A DNA stretch of 64,000 nt from Candidatus Caldarchaeales archaeon (GTDB taxonomy: Archaea > Thermoproteota > Nitrososphaeria_A > Caldarchaeales > Calditenuaceae): assembly GCA_039630085.1 (NCBI GenBank), contig JBCNVM010000008.1, positions 7,179-71,178 of the forward strand, written 5' to 3'. The position numbers and the translations under genes are program-made. Position 1 is the first letter of the stretch; every line of letters starts with the position of its first letter. The notes under the pieces are model-generated. The model saw only the letters and a list, made by a program, of their open reading frames with translations, had not been told where the DNA came from and did no database searches. This document shows, piece by piece, positions 43,586 through 52,213 of this stretch.

Positions 43586-44858
43586 CCCTCCTCACCGACC
43601 CCTCCTGGAGGACGTGGACCTCGTCGGCGACCGACCTGACGAAGTGCCTGTCGTGGGACGCGACCAACACGATCGAACCCGTCCCGGCAGCTGACCTGAT
43701 CACTTCGGCCATCAGCCGCTTGTTAGCGGGGTCGAGGCCTGCAGCCGGCTCGTCGAGCGCGATGAGCGCCGGCCTCCTCAGGACCGCGGAGAGGACCGCG
43801 ACGGCGCGCCTCGCTCCCAAGCTGAGGCCGTGTACGGGCTCCTGGAGGAGCCTCCTCGGGCCGACCTCGAACTTCATGGTAGTCCGGGACCTCGAGGCCA
43901 GCTCGATCTCCTCGGCGGCGGTCCTCTCGGTCAGGTACGCGCTCGGGTTCTGCGGGCAGTACGCGGCCCTCGGCGGAGAAGGAGGCGAGCCGTCGAGGGT
44001 CACCCTGCCCAGCCACGGCTTCAGGGCGCCGGTGAGAAGCTTCAGCGCGGTCGACTTGCCGGACCCGTTCGGGCCGGTCAGAGCTACGACCGTCCCGGAC
44101 CTCGCGGCCAACGAGAGCCCCCTGATCACCTCCCTGCCCATCCTGTACCCGAACCTGACGCCCTCCGCGACCAGCTCATGGGACCTCGACCCGTCAGGGT
44201 CCGCGGCCTGCAGCTTCACCGATAGCGCCTCGCGTTCGCAGTCGAGCTCGACCTCGACGTCCGGCTCGATCGGGAGGTCCGCTCGGTCGCTCACAGCCGC
44301 GACCACGAGTGTGCCCTCCGAGACCACCTCGCGCAGGACCTGGGCCACCTCCTGCCTCGCAGCCTCGTCGACGTGGGAGAGGGGGCCGTCGAGCAGAAGG
44401 AGCCTCGGCCTCGGCACGAGGGCAGCCGCGAGCGCGAGCCTCTGGACCTGCCCGCCCGAGAGCTCCCGGATCCTCTCGCCGGACATCTCGCTCAGCCCCA
44501 CGGACCTCAGGGCCCACTCGACGGAGTTGACAGCCTCCTCGGACCTCAAGCCCAAGCACTCGGCGGAGAAGAGCACTTCGTCTATTACCCGTTCCCTCAC
44601 CATAACTGAGTAGGGGTCGTCGGGGACGTAGGAGACGAGCCTCCTCAGCTCCCGCGGGCCGAAGTCCCTCAGCTCCCTGCCCATGAACCGTGCTGAGCCC
44701 TCGTAGGGGAGGAGGCCCGCGAGCGCGAGCATCAGCGAGCTCTTCCCGCACCCGTTCGGGCCGACGACCGATACCAGCGAGGGCCCCTCGACCTCGAGGT
44801 CGACCTCAGGCCCGAGCCAGCCGCCCCGCCCTGGCCTGAACCGCTCGAGCCTCAGCAA
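43575..44858 (-). CDS. ykoD: ECF transporter duplicated ATPase (fused EcfA-EcfA', YkoD-like)
   Basis: Two ABC cassettes. The first has GPNGCGKSS / LSGGQVQRLALAAAL / LLLDGPLSHVD. The second has GPNGSGKST / degenerate LSLGARRAVAVLSAV / IALDEPAAGLD. Confidence 0.85.
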   Translation of the reverse strand: MLRLERFRPGRGGWLGPEVDLEVEGPSLVSVVGPNGCGKSSLMLALAGLLPYEGSARFMGRELRDFGPRELRRLVSYVPDDPYSVMVRERVIDEVLFSAECLGLRSEEAVNSVEWALRSVGLSEMSGERIRELSGGQVQRLALAAALVPRPRLLLLDGPLSHVDEAARQEVAQVLREVVSEGTLVVAAVSDRADLPIEPDVEVELDCEREALSVKLQAADPDGSRSHELVAEGVRFGYRMGREVIRGLSLAARSGTVVALTGPNGSGKSTALKLLTGALKPWLGRVTLDGSPPSPPRAAYCPQNPSAYLTERTAAEEIELASRSRTTMKFEVGPRRLLQEPVHGLSLGARRAVAVLSAVLRRPALIALDEPAAGLDPANKRLMAEVIRSAAGTGSIVLVASHDRHFVRSVADEVHVLQEGSVRRVDP

Positions 44859-45423
44859 CCGGCCATCCCCTCAGGGAGCCGGCCTCGACGAGCCTGTCGA
44901 CGACTGCCTTGACCAGAACTCCTCCGAGCAGGACGCCGCTGACCAGCATCGCGCCCACGATCGACGCGTGGAGCCAGACCGGGTAGGTCCTGCAGGCCGG
45001 GTAGAAGGGCGAGACCAGACAGTCGAAGGGATAGGCCGCGATCACGGGCAGCGCTCCCGCGAGGGCCATCGTCCCCCACCCCCACCTCCTGTACCTCCCC
45101 AGCGCGAAGGCCAGCTCGCTCATGATCCCCTGGGCCGGGCCGTAGTAGTAGAGGAGGACCGAGTAGGGGCTGATCAGGAGCAGCTCGACGACCGCCGCGA
45201 TCGTCTCGCCCGCGAAGGCCGCTCCCCTTTTCCTTATCACGTAGGCCGGAAGCGTCCCTCCCACGAACCAGAGCCCGTAGATCGCCGCTATTCCCAGGTG
45301 CCCGAGGAGCGGGTAGACCACCAGCACCGCGATCTGGCTCCAGGCCGCGAAGACGACCCCCGCCAGCGCCGAGAAGGCCGCCAGCCCCACGACGTCCCTC
45401 GTCGTGAACCTCCCGCCGTTCAC
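44806..45423 (-). CDS. ykoE: ECF transporter substrate-specific (S) component, YkoE-like (HMP/thiamine precursor type)
   Basis: 205 aa with 6 TM segments. IYGLWFVGGTLPAYVIRKRGAAFAGETIAAVVELLL resembles the YkoE core as I remember it. Operon order is S, duplicated A, then T. Confidence 0.6.
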   Translation of the reverse strand: MNGGRFTTRDVVGLAAFSALAGVVFAAWSQIAVLVVYPLLGHLGIAAIYGLWFVGGTLPAYVIRKRGAAFAGETIAAVVELLLISPYSVLLYYYGPAQGIMSELAFALGRYRRWGWGTMALAGALPVIAAYPFDCLVSPFYPACRTYPVWLHASIVGAMLVSGVLLGGVLVKAVVDRLVEAGSLRGWPVAEARAVQARAGRLARA

Positions 45424-45516
45424 GGCCTGCCCGGTCGAAGGGCTTCCGCATAAATCATCATATCAACCGCTTATGGACTCGGGTTTTATAGGGGTTGGGG
45501 CCGAGGGGCTGGCGAC

Positions 45517-46251
45517 ATGAGGGCGGTGATCCTTTCGGGAGGCGAGGGGAGGAGGCTGAGGCCGCTGACGTACTACTTCCAGAAGTCGATGGTCCCGGTC
45601 GGGAGGAGGCAGATGCCCCTGCTCTACTACATCATGGCGAACCTCGCCAACCACGGCGTCAGGGACTTCCTGGTTCTGGTCGGTTACAAGTCCGAGCAGG
45701 TCGTCAACTTCTTCGGCGACGGGAGCAGGTTCGGGTGGAGGGTGAGCTACGTCGAGGACGCGGAGGGATACTCGGGGACCGGAGGCGCGATGCTGAACGC
45801 GATCGAGCGGGGAGCCCTCTCCGCGGACGAGGACGTGCTGGTCCATTACGGCGACATCCTCACCAACGTCAACGCTTCGAGGCTGATCGAGCTCCACAGG
45901 TCCACGTCGGCGGACGCGGTCCTCGCCCTCTCGAGGTCCTACGAGCTCCCGGTGGGGGTCGCGAGGGTCTCCGACGGGAGGGTCGTCGAGCTGCAGGAGA
46001 AGCCGAAGATCGACGTCCACGTCACGATCGGCGTCCTGACGCTATCCGGGAGGGCCCTCGGTCTCCTGAGGGGGCTGGGAAGTAGCTCGGACCTGATGAG
46101 GGACCTGATCCCCGCGATGATCGAAAGGGGGATGGCCGTCTATCCGTACCTGCTCGAGGACGAGCTCTGGTTCGACGTGGGGACGACGGAGAGGTACGAG
46201 AAGCTCAGCTCCGAGGACGTCGACTCGATGTTCTGGTTCCTGAGGGGCTGA
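45517..46251 (+). CDS. Sugar-phosphate nucleotidyltransferase (NTP_transferase family)
   Basis: MRAVILSGGEGRRLRPLT (the GxGxRLxPLT signature). 244 aa. A TATA-like TTTTATAG lies about 28 nt upstream. Confidence 0.85.
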   Translation: MRAVILSGGEGRRLRPLTYYFQKSMVPVGRRQMPLLYYIMANLANHGVRDFLVLVGYKSEQVVNFFGDGSRFGWRVSYVEDAEGYSGTGGAMLNAIERGALSADEDVLVHYGDILTNVNASRLIELHRSTSADAVLALSRSYELPVGVARVSDGRVVELQEKPKIDVHVTIGVLTLSGRALGLLRGLGSSSDLMRDLIPAMIERGMAVYPYLLEDELWFDVGTTERYEKLSSEDVDSMFWFLRG

Positions 46252-46307
46252 AGGCTCGGGTCAGAACTAATAAGACGGCGACTCGGGAGGGACCCGGTAG
46301 GTCGCGC

Positions 46308-46949
46308 ATGCAGGTCGAAGTCGTCGAGAGGGGAGGCGAGTCGCTGACGCTGGAGCTGAAGGGCGTCAACCTCTCCCTCGCGAACGCGCTCCGGAGGCAC
46401 GCGATCAACGAGGTCCCGGTCATGGCAGTCGAGGAGGTGCTGGTGATGGAGAACTCGTCGGTCGTCAGCAACGAGGTGCTGGTCCACAGGATATCCCTGA
46501 TACCGTTCGTGACCGACCTGGAGAACTACAGGCTCCCGGAGGAGTGCGACTGCAACAACAGGCTCGGATGCGAGAGGTGCGTCGTGAGGTTCTCGCTGAA
46601 GGCGGCTGCGGCCGAAGAGGCGGTCACGGTCTACTCCAGGGACGTGGTGAGGGAGAGCGGGACCGAGGTGGTGAGGCCCTACAGCGGGGACGTACCGATC
46701 GTCAAGCTCGCCCCCGGTCAGGCGATCGAGCTCGAGCTCTACGTGAGGCTCGGGAAGGGGTCGAGGCACGCGAAGTGGCAGCCGGGGATCGCGACCGTCT
46801 ACGAGGCCGGCCCCGGGAGCAGGAGGCTCTACGTCGAGTCCTTCGGGTTCCTCGCCCCGGAGAGGATCGTCGTCGAGGCCGCGAAGGCTATCGAGAGGGA
46901 GCTGGGAGAGCTTGAGGCCGCGATCGGGGAGGCGATGAAGGGTGGGTAA
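46308..46949 (+). CDS. rpoD: DNA-directed RNA polymerase subunit D (Rpo3), short form
   Basis: LANALRRHAINEVPVMAVEEV, NEVLVHRISLIP and a CDCNNRLGCERC cluster. Its position upstream of L18e-L13 fits. Confidence 0.85.
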   Translation: MQVEVVERGGESLTLELKGVNLSLANALRRHAINEVPVMAVEEVLVMENSSVVSNEVLVHRISLIPFVTDLENYRLPEECDCNNRLGCERCVVRFSLKAAAAEEAVTVYSRDVVRESGTEVVRPYSGDVPIVKLAPGQAIELELYVRLGKGSRHAKWQPGIATVYEAGPGSRRLYVESFGFLAPERIVVEAAKAIERELGELEAAIGEAMKGG

Positions 46950-47316
46950 GCTCTACAGGCCCGAGCCGACGAGGTACGGCCGGCTGGTCGCCGCGGTGGG
47001 CAGGCTGGCCGACGCCTCGACGGAGCGGAAGGGGTTCTGGGAGCGGGTCCTCAAGGAGCTGAAGAGGAGCAGGAGGTCCGGGCGCGCCGTCAACCTCCAC
47101 CGCCTCAACAGGCTCACATCCCCCAACGACAAGGTCCTCGTGCTGGGGAAGCTCCTCGGCGTAGGGAGGCTCGACCACCCGGTCAAGGTCGTCGCGTTCG
47201 ACTTCTCCGAAGCCGCCTACCGGAAGGTGAGGGAGTCGGGCGGGGAGGCGATCTACCTAGACCAGTTCATATCCCGGGGCGAGCCCGACGTCTCCGGGTT
47301 CAAGCTGATGGGGTGA
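46942..47316 (+). CDS. rpl18e: 50S ribosomal protein L18e
   Basis: AVNLHRLNRL...KVLVLGKLLGVGRLDHPVKVVAFDFSEAAYRKVRESGGEA. GTG start overlapping the rpoD end. Confidence 0.85.
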   Translation: MGKLYRPEPTRYGRLVAAVGRLADASTERKGFWERVLKELKRSRRSGRAVNLHRLNRLTSPNDKVLVLGKLLGVGRLDHPVKVVAFDFSEAAYRKVRESGGEAIYLDQFISRGEPDVSGFKLMG

Positions 47317-47322
47317 ACAGGT

Positions 47323-47808
47323 GTGGAGGAGCTGGTGGTGATCGACGGGTCCGGCCACAGGTTCGGGAGGCTGGCGTCCAAGGTCGCGAAGCTGCTGCTA
47401 GAGGGGAAGAGGGTCGTGGTCCTTAACGCGGAGAAGATCGTCGTCACAGGGGCCAAGTCAGCCGTAATGGAGAGGTACCTCGCGCTCCTCGACAGGAAGT
47501 GGCACTCCTCGATCGAGAGGGTCCAGATCTGGAACCCCAGGAGGCCCGACAGGATCTTCTGGTACGCGGTCAAGAGGATGCTCCCGAAGAAGAAGGCGAG
47601 CGGAGAGGAGGCGATCTCGAGGCTGAGGGTCTACATCGGCGTCCCGGAGGAGTTCGCGGCGCGCAAGGCCATGAGGGTCCCCGACGCGGAGCACAGTTCC
47701 GGCATCAGCAGGTCCGGCAGGCTGATCAAGTCCGTCACGCTCGGCGAGCTCTCGGAGCTGATAGGCGGTCGCGCCGCGAGACCGCAGAGGCCCGAACCCA
47801 GGAGATGA
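47323..47808 (+). CDS. rpl13: 50S ribosomal protein L13 (uL13)
   Basis: VVIDGSGHRFGRLASKVAKLLLEGKRVVVLNAEKIVVTG is the canonical uL13 N-terminus. Confidence 0.9.
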   Translation: MEELVVIDGSGHRFGRLASKVAKLLLEGKRVVVLNAEKIVVTGAKSAVMERYLALLDRKWHSSIERVQIWNPRRPDRIFWYAVKRMLPKKKASGEEAISRLRVYIGVPEEFAARKAMRVPDAEHSSGISRSGRLIKSVTLGELSELIGGRAARPQRPEPRR

Positions 47809-48212
47809 GCCGGAAGCCCAAGAACGCGGTAGTGGCCCTGCTCGCGAAGAGCAGGAGGTACCTGACCGACGACGACGTGATCGAGGTGCTCCACGTCCTC
47901 GCCCACCTGAAGAAGGAGCCGTTCTCCCTCAGGGACCTGAGGAGCATGCTTCCAGAGAGCGTCACGTCACGGCCGCACGTCGCGAGGAGCGTCACGAACC
48001 TGCTGAACACGCTGATCAACATCGGGTACCTGGAGAGATATAGCGAGCGGAGGTACAGGAAGCTCTACGACAACCTGTCGCTCTTCCTCATAGGCCAGGT
48101 GATGGAGCTCTCGGCGATCGAGAACGCCCCGCTGGCCCGGAAGGCGGAGGAGAGCGTCCTCAAGCAGCTGAGGCGGACCAAGGCCGAAGGGGCCAGAGAG
48201 GCCGGCGTCTGA
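47805..48212 (+). CDS. Hypothetical winged-helix-like protein, translationally coupled to L13
   Basis: ATG at 47805 overlaps the L13 TGA (ATGA). 135 aa. LRDLRSMLPESVTSRPHVARSVTNLLNTLINIGYLERYSERRY looks like an HTH plus wing. It occupies the position where S9 normally follows L13. Confidence 0.5.
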   Translation: MSRKPKNAVVALLAKSRRYLTDDDVIEVLHVLAHLKKEPFSLRDLRSMLPESVTSRPHVARSVTNLLNTLINIGYLERYSERRYRKLYDNLSLFLIGQVMELSAIENAPLARKAEESVLKQLRRTKAEGAREAGV

Positions 48213-49364
48213 TCACCCGGCGAATGCCTTCTCCACGACCCCGTCTACGTCGACCCTGTTGGTCCTGACCCCCAACTCCTCCAGGGAGGCCGAGAGAGCC
48301 CTCAGCGTCCTCCTCACCCTCTCTGGCGTCACCATCCCCATGTTCCCGATCCTGAAGATCAGGCCCTTCGTCCTGCCCATGCCTCCGGCGATGTGGACGC
48401 CGTGCCTCTCCCTCATCACCTTCGTGAGCTGGGCGTCCTGGACGCCGTCCGGGAGCCTGGCAGCGATCAGGGTCCTCGACCTGAACGGGTCCCTCGGGAA
48501 GACCCTCAACCCCATCCCCTCGAGGGCCTCGTAGAAGGCCGCGCTCCCCTGCCTGTGGGCCGAGTACCACCTCTCCAGCCCCCTTTCCAGCATATAGTCG
48601 AGTGAGGCGTCGAGGGCGTAGAAGAGGGAGATGGCGGGGGTGAAGGGCGTCTCCAGCCTCTTCATGAACTCCTCGTGGGTCAGGAGGTCGAAGTAGTGGG
48701 GCCTCTTGGGCTTCCTCTTGGCCTTCTCCCTCGCCTCGTCGGAGACGTAGACGATCGCGAGGCCCGGGGGAGCCGCGAGGCACTTCTGGGTGCCGCCCAC
48801 GAAGGACGCGAGGCCCCACCCGCTGACCTCGAGCGGGTAGCCGCCGATGGAGGTGACTCCGTCGACGATCAGCAGTATCCCGTTCCTCTTGCAGTACTCC
48901 GCGATCTCGGGGACGTAGGGATTGAACGCGCCGGCAGAGGTCTCGTTGTGGACCAGCAGCGCGACATCGACGCCGTTCCTCGACTCGACCTCGCTCCTGA
49001 ACTGCTCGGGCGTAACAGCGGTCCCGAGCTCGTTCTCGACCCTGACGACGCGGTCCGAGTAGTACTCCGCGGCCACGGTCATCCTCTCCGCGAAGAGGCC
49101 GTTCACGAACGCGATGACCCTGTCGTTCCTGTCGATGAGGTTCGAGACCGCGAACTCTATCCCTCCGGTCGAGGAACAGGTGAGCACGAAGACCTCGCCG
49201 GACGTCGCGCCCAGCACCTTCCTCAGCTTCTCGATCACCTCGCCGTGGAGCCTCCTGAACTCCTCGCCCCTGTGGTTGATCATCCGGCGGGCCATCGCTG
49301 CGAGCGCCTGCTCGGGGACGTCCGTCGGACCGGGGAGCATCAGGATGTGATCGTCGCTGTCCAC
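48213..49364 (-). CDS. Class V aminotransferase (AGXT/serine-pyruvate or archaeal phosphoserine aminotransferase type)
   Basis: LMLPGPT at the N-terminus, LLVHNETSAG, DGVTSIGG, and GTQKCL (PLP-binding Lys). 383 aa. Confidence 0.85.
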   Translation of the reverse strand: MDSDDHILMLPGPTDVPEQALAAMARRMINHRGEEFRRLHGEVIEKLRKVLGATSGEVFVLTCSSTGGIEFAVSNLIDRNDRVIAFVNGLFAERMTVAAEYYSDRVVRVENELGTAVTPEQFRSEVESRNGVDVALLVHNETSAGAFNPYVPEIAEYCKRNGILLIVDGVTSIGGYPLEVSGWGLASFVGGTQKCLAAPPGLAIVYVSDEAREKAKRKPKRPHYFDLLTHEEFMKRLETPFTPAISLFYALDASLDYMLERGLERWYSAHRQGSAAFYEALEGMGLRVFPRDPFRSRTLIAARLPDGVQDAQLTKVMRERHGVHIAGGMGRTKGLIFRIGNMGMVTPERVRRTLRALSASLEELGVRTNRVDVDGVVEKAFAG

Positions 49365-49400
49365 GTCCTAACTGGCTCGAGGCAATTAATCAACGGTCAG

Positions 49401-50297
49401 CTACGTAGCGCGCCTGCGGGCCGCGCGGCCGATCAGCTCCGCGACCTCGGGCGGGTAGGTAGGCTCACCGCGCCTTCCGTGGACCAGCACCCTGACCCGC
49501 TCCTCGTAGAACCTGTCGAGGTAGACCCCCGGGCCCAAGGAGACCGTCTCGGCAGACAGCAAGTAGCCGAGGAACCGCTCCCGGACCGAATCGTCCTCGG
49601 AGGTCATGACCTCGAGGGGCGCCAGCGCGTAGAGCGGCCTGTCCTGGACTAAGTGCCTCGTCGACTTCGGGGGGAACCTCATGCCCCTCTTGGCCCACTC
49701 GAAGACCTCCTCCTTCCTCAGCGTCGGGACCGCGTATCCGACCCTGTACCTGCCGGACCTGATGCCGGAGAGGACGTTCGACTCGGTGTCGTACCTTATC
49801 CCGAACCGCCTGAGGGCCTCGTCGGCCCTGGTGACCTCCCGCAGGGGGAAGGCGTCGCGGGGCGAGTCCGAGCGCAGGAGGTAGGCGGAGTTGGACCCGT
49901 GGGCCAGCACTAGGACCGAGCCCTCCCTCCTCTCCAGGGCCATGAGCCCCTCCTCGACCGCGACCGGCTCGGGGGCCGCGTCCAGCGACGCCCTCAACGC
50001 CTCGAGCACTTCCCCGATGCCCGGGTCACCGTCGATAGCCCTGTACCAGGCCCTCAGCTCCACCTCTTCCGAGAAGTAGTCCACCGAGTAGACCAGCACC
50101 GCCCTGGCTCCCGCTCTCTTCAGGGCCTCGAACCTGTGGGAGCCGTCGAGGATGACGCCGTGCGACGCCTCCGCGACTATGGGGTGGTAGAGCTTCCCGG
50201 CCGAGAGCAGTTCGCGGCCTATCGAGGCCACGAGCTCCTCCAAGATCTCCTCGTGGGGCCTGAGCCGGTCCACCTCGACGAAGGCCAGCCGGCCCAT
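49401..50297 (-). CDS. ParB/sulfiredoxin-fold domain protein, possible free-serine kinase (SerK-like)
   Basis: VEVDRLRPHEEI and VILDGSHRFEAL are ParB-N/Srx signature elements. 298 aa with no HTH or DNA-binding domain evident. The functional guess rests on the T. kodakarensis SerK precedent and the adjacent aminotransferase. Confidence 0.55.
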   Translation of the reverse strand: MGRLAFVEVDRLRPHEEILEELVASIGRELLSAGKLYHPIVAEASHGVILDGSHRFEALKRAGARAVLVYSVDYFSEEVELRAWYRAIDGDPGIGEVLEALRASLDAAPEPVAVEEGLMALERREGSVLVLAHGSNSAYLLRSDSPRDAFPLREVTRADEALRRFGIRYDTESNVLSGIRSGRYRVGYAVPTLRKEEVFEWAKRGMRFPPKSTRHLVQDRPLYALAPLEVMTSEDDSVRERFLGYLLSAETVSLGPGVYLDRFYEERVRVLVHGRRGEPTYPPEVAELIGRAARRRAT

Positions 50298-50386
50298 CTC
50301 ACCACGTCATTCACCTCGAGCACCTGCTATAAATGGGAGGGCTGGGCCTCAGCAGACCCGACCGAGGGGGACACCCGAAGGGCTCC

Positions 50387-51784
50387 TCAGCCGACGCTGC
50401 CGCTCATCTCGAGCTCTATCAGCCTGTTGAACTCGATCGCGTACTCCATCGGCAGGGTCTTCGTGAAACCCTCGAAGAACCCCAGGACGATCATGTTGAG
50501 GGCCTCCTGCTCCGGTATGCCCCTGCTCATGAGGTAGAAGAGCTGGTCCTCCCCGATCTTCCCGACCGTCGCCTCGTGGGTGATCGTCGCGTCGTCCTCC
50601 TGGATCTCGTTGTATGGGTACGTGTCGGTCCTGGACTTATCATCGAGGATCAGCGAGTCGCACCTGACGCTGGACTTGACCCTCCTCGCGCCCCTCGAGA
50701 CGTGCAGGAGCCCCCTGTAGGTCACCCTGCCGCCGTCCTTGCAGACCGACTTGGACGTTATCCTGCTGGTCGTGTCGGGAGCCAGGTGTATCACCTTCGC
50801 GCCCGTGTCCTGGTGCTGCCCGCGTCCCGCAAAGGCCACCGAGAGGATCTCAGCCCTCGCGCCCCTCCCGAGCAGGTAGACGCTCGGGTACTTCATGGTG
50901 ACCTTGCTGCCTATGTTGGCGTCGACCCACTCGACCGTGGCCTCCTCGTACGCGAAGGACCTCTTCGTGACCAGGTTGTAGACGTCGGTGCTCCAGTTCT
51001 GGAGGGTCGTGTACCTGACGTGGGCGCCCTTCATCGCGATCACCTCGACCACCGCGGCGTGGAGGCTCTCCGTGCTGTAGATCGGGGCCGTGCACCCCTC
51101 TATGTAGTGGACCTTGCTGTAGGGCTCAGCTATGATCAGCGTCCTCTCGAACTGGCCGATGTTGGAGGCGTTGATCCTGAAGTAGGCCTGAAGGGGGAAC
51201 TCGACGTGGACGCCCTCCGGGACGTAGACGAAGGAGCCGCCACTCCAGACCGCGGTGTTGAGGGCCGCGAACTTGTTGTCGTCCGGAGGGACGACGGTCC
51301 CGAAGTACCTCCTCACGATCTCCGGGTACTCCCTGACGGCCGTGTCCATGTCGCAGAAGATCACTCCGAGCTTCTCCAGCTCTTTCCTGACGTTGTGGTA
51401 GACGACCTCGGAGTCGTACTGCGCTCCAACCCCTGCCAGGAACTTCCTCTCGGCCTCAGGTATCCCGAGCCTCTCGAAGGTCCTCTTGATGTACTCGGGG
51501 ACCTCGTCCCAGCTCCTGTACTTCCCCTCGGTCGGCCGGACGTAGTACCTCATCCTCTGGAAGTCGAGCGCGCTCAGGTCGGCGCCCCACTTCGGCATCG
51601 GCTTCTCGAGGAAGATCCTGTAGGCCTGTAACCTCTTCCTCCTCATCCACTCCGGCTCGCCCTTGATCCTCGAGATCTCGTCGACCACCTCCTCGGAGAT
51701 TCCAGGTTTCGTCGTGTACACCGGCTGGACCTCGTCCTTGAAGTCGTACCTGCTGTAGTCGAATCGGATTTCCTGAGACACCAT
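50387..51784 (-). CDS. sufB: Fe-S cluster assembly protein SufB
   Basis: 465 aa. Contains [20 protein letters not shown], and [33 protein letters not shown] at the C-terminus. Confidence 0.9.
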   Translation of the reverse strand: MVSQEIRFDYSRYDFKDEVQPVYTTKPGISEEVVDEISRIKGEPEWMRRKRLQAYRIFLEKPMPKWGADLSALDFQRMRYYVRPTEGKYRSWDEVPEYIKRTFERLGIPEAERKFLAGVGAQYDSEVVYHNVRKELEKLGVIFCDMDTAVREYPEIVRRYFGTVVPPDDNKFAALNTAVWSGGSFVYVPEGVHVEFPLQAYFRINASNIGQFERTLIIAEPYSKVHYIEGCTAPIYSTESLHAAVVEVIAMKGAHVRYTTLQNWSTDVYNLVTKRSFAYEEATVEWVDANIGSKVTMKYPSVYLLGRGARAEILSVAFAGRGQHQDTGAKVIHLAPDTTSRITSKSVCKDGGRVTYRGLLHVSRGARRVKSSVRCDSLILDDKSRTDTYPYNEIQEDDATITHEATVGKIGEDQLFYLMSRGIPEQEALNMIVLGFFEGFTKTLPMEYAIEFNRLIELEMSGSVG

Positions 51785-51886
51785 TTGCTATAACGCCGTT
51801 ATGGCATTATTTAATTATAGAGCCGCGACTCGTGCTCGCAGTCCCGGGAATCAGGGTTATGAGATGCGCGGAGGCTCGTCGGGCGA

Positions 51887-52210
51887 ATGAGCACCTTCGT
51901 CTACGACGAGCTCCTGCTGCCCGAGGAGGCGGTAGAGGGGGCCGCGAGGACCGGAAAGGTCGCCCGGATCAACTACCTCAAGAGATACGGAGAGGAGCCG
52001 CCGGGATGGGTGATCGGCTACGGCAGGCTGGAGGGGAGGAGGTTCTACCTCGAGGGCGAGATCGTGGCGAGGCATCTGATCATCAACGCGAAGAGCTACG
52101 GGATGATCGCGTTTCAGGACGTGCCCGGTGGCGAGACGGTGGACAGGGGATGGATAATGGTCCCGTACAGGAGGATCGAGTTCGACGGCGAGCTCTGCGT
52201 GATCGAGTGA
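51887..52210 (+). CDS. Hypothetical protein (107 aa)
   Basis: Balanced amino-acid composition, unlike the overlapping Arg-rich ORF 51832-52230. No family recognised. Confidence 0.4.
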   Translation: MSTFVYDELLLPEEAVEGAARTGKVARINYLKRYGEEPPGWVIGYGRLEGRRFYLEGEIVARHLIINAKSYGMIAFQDVPGGETVDRGWIMVPYRRIEFDGELCVIE

Positions 52211-52213
52211 CCG

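Noticed and set aside
45424-45516. TPP riboswitch upstream of the YkoE-like gene
   Set aside because: The spacer is only 93 nt and is shared by two divergent promoters. I saw no CUGAGA/ACCUGA-type TPP aptamer elements.
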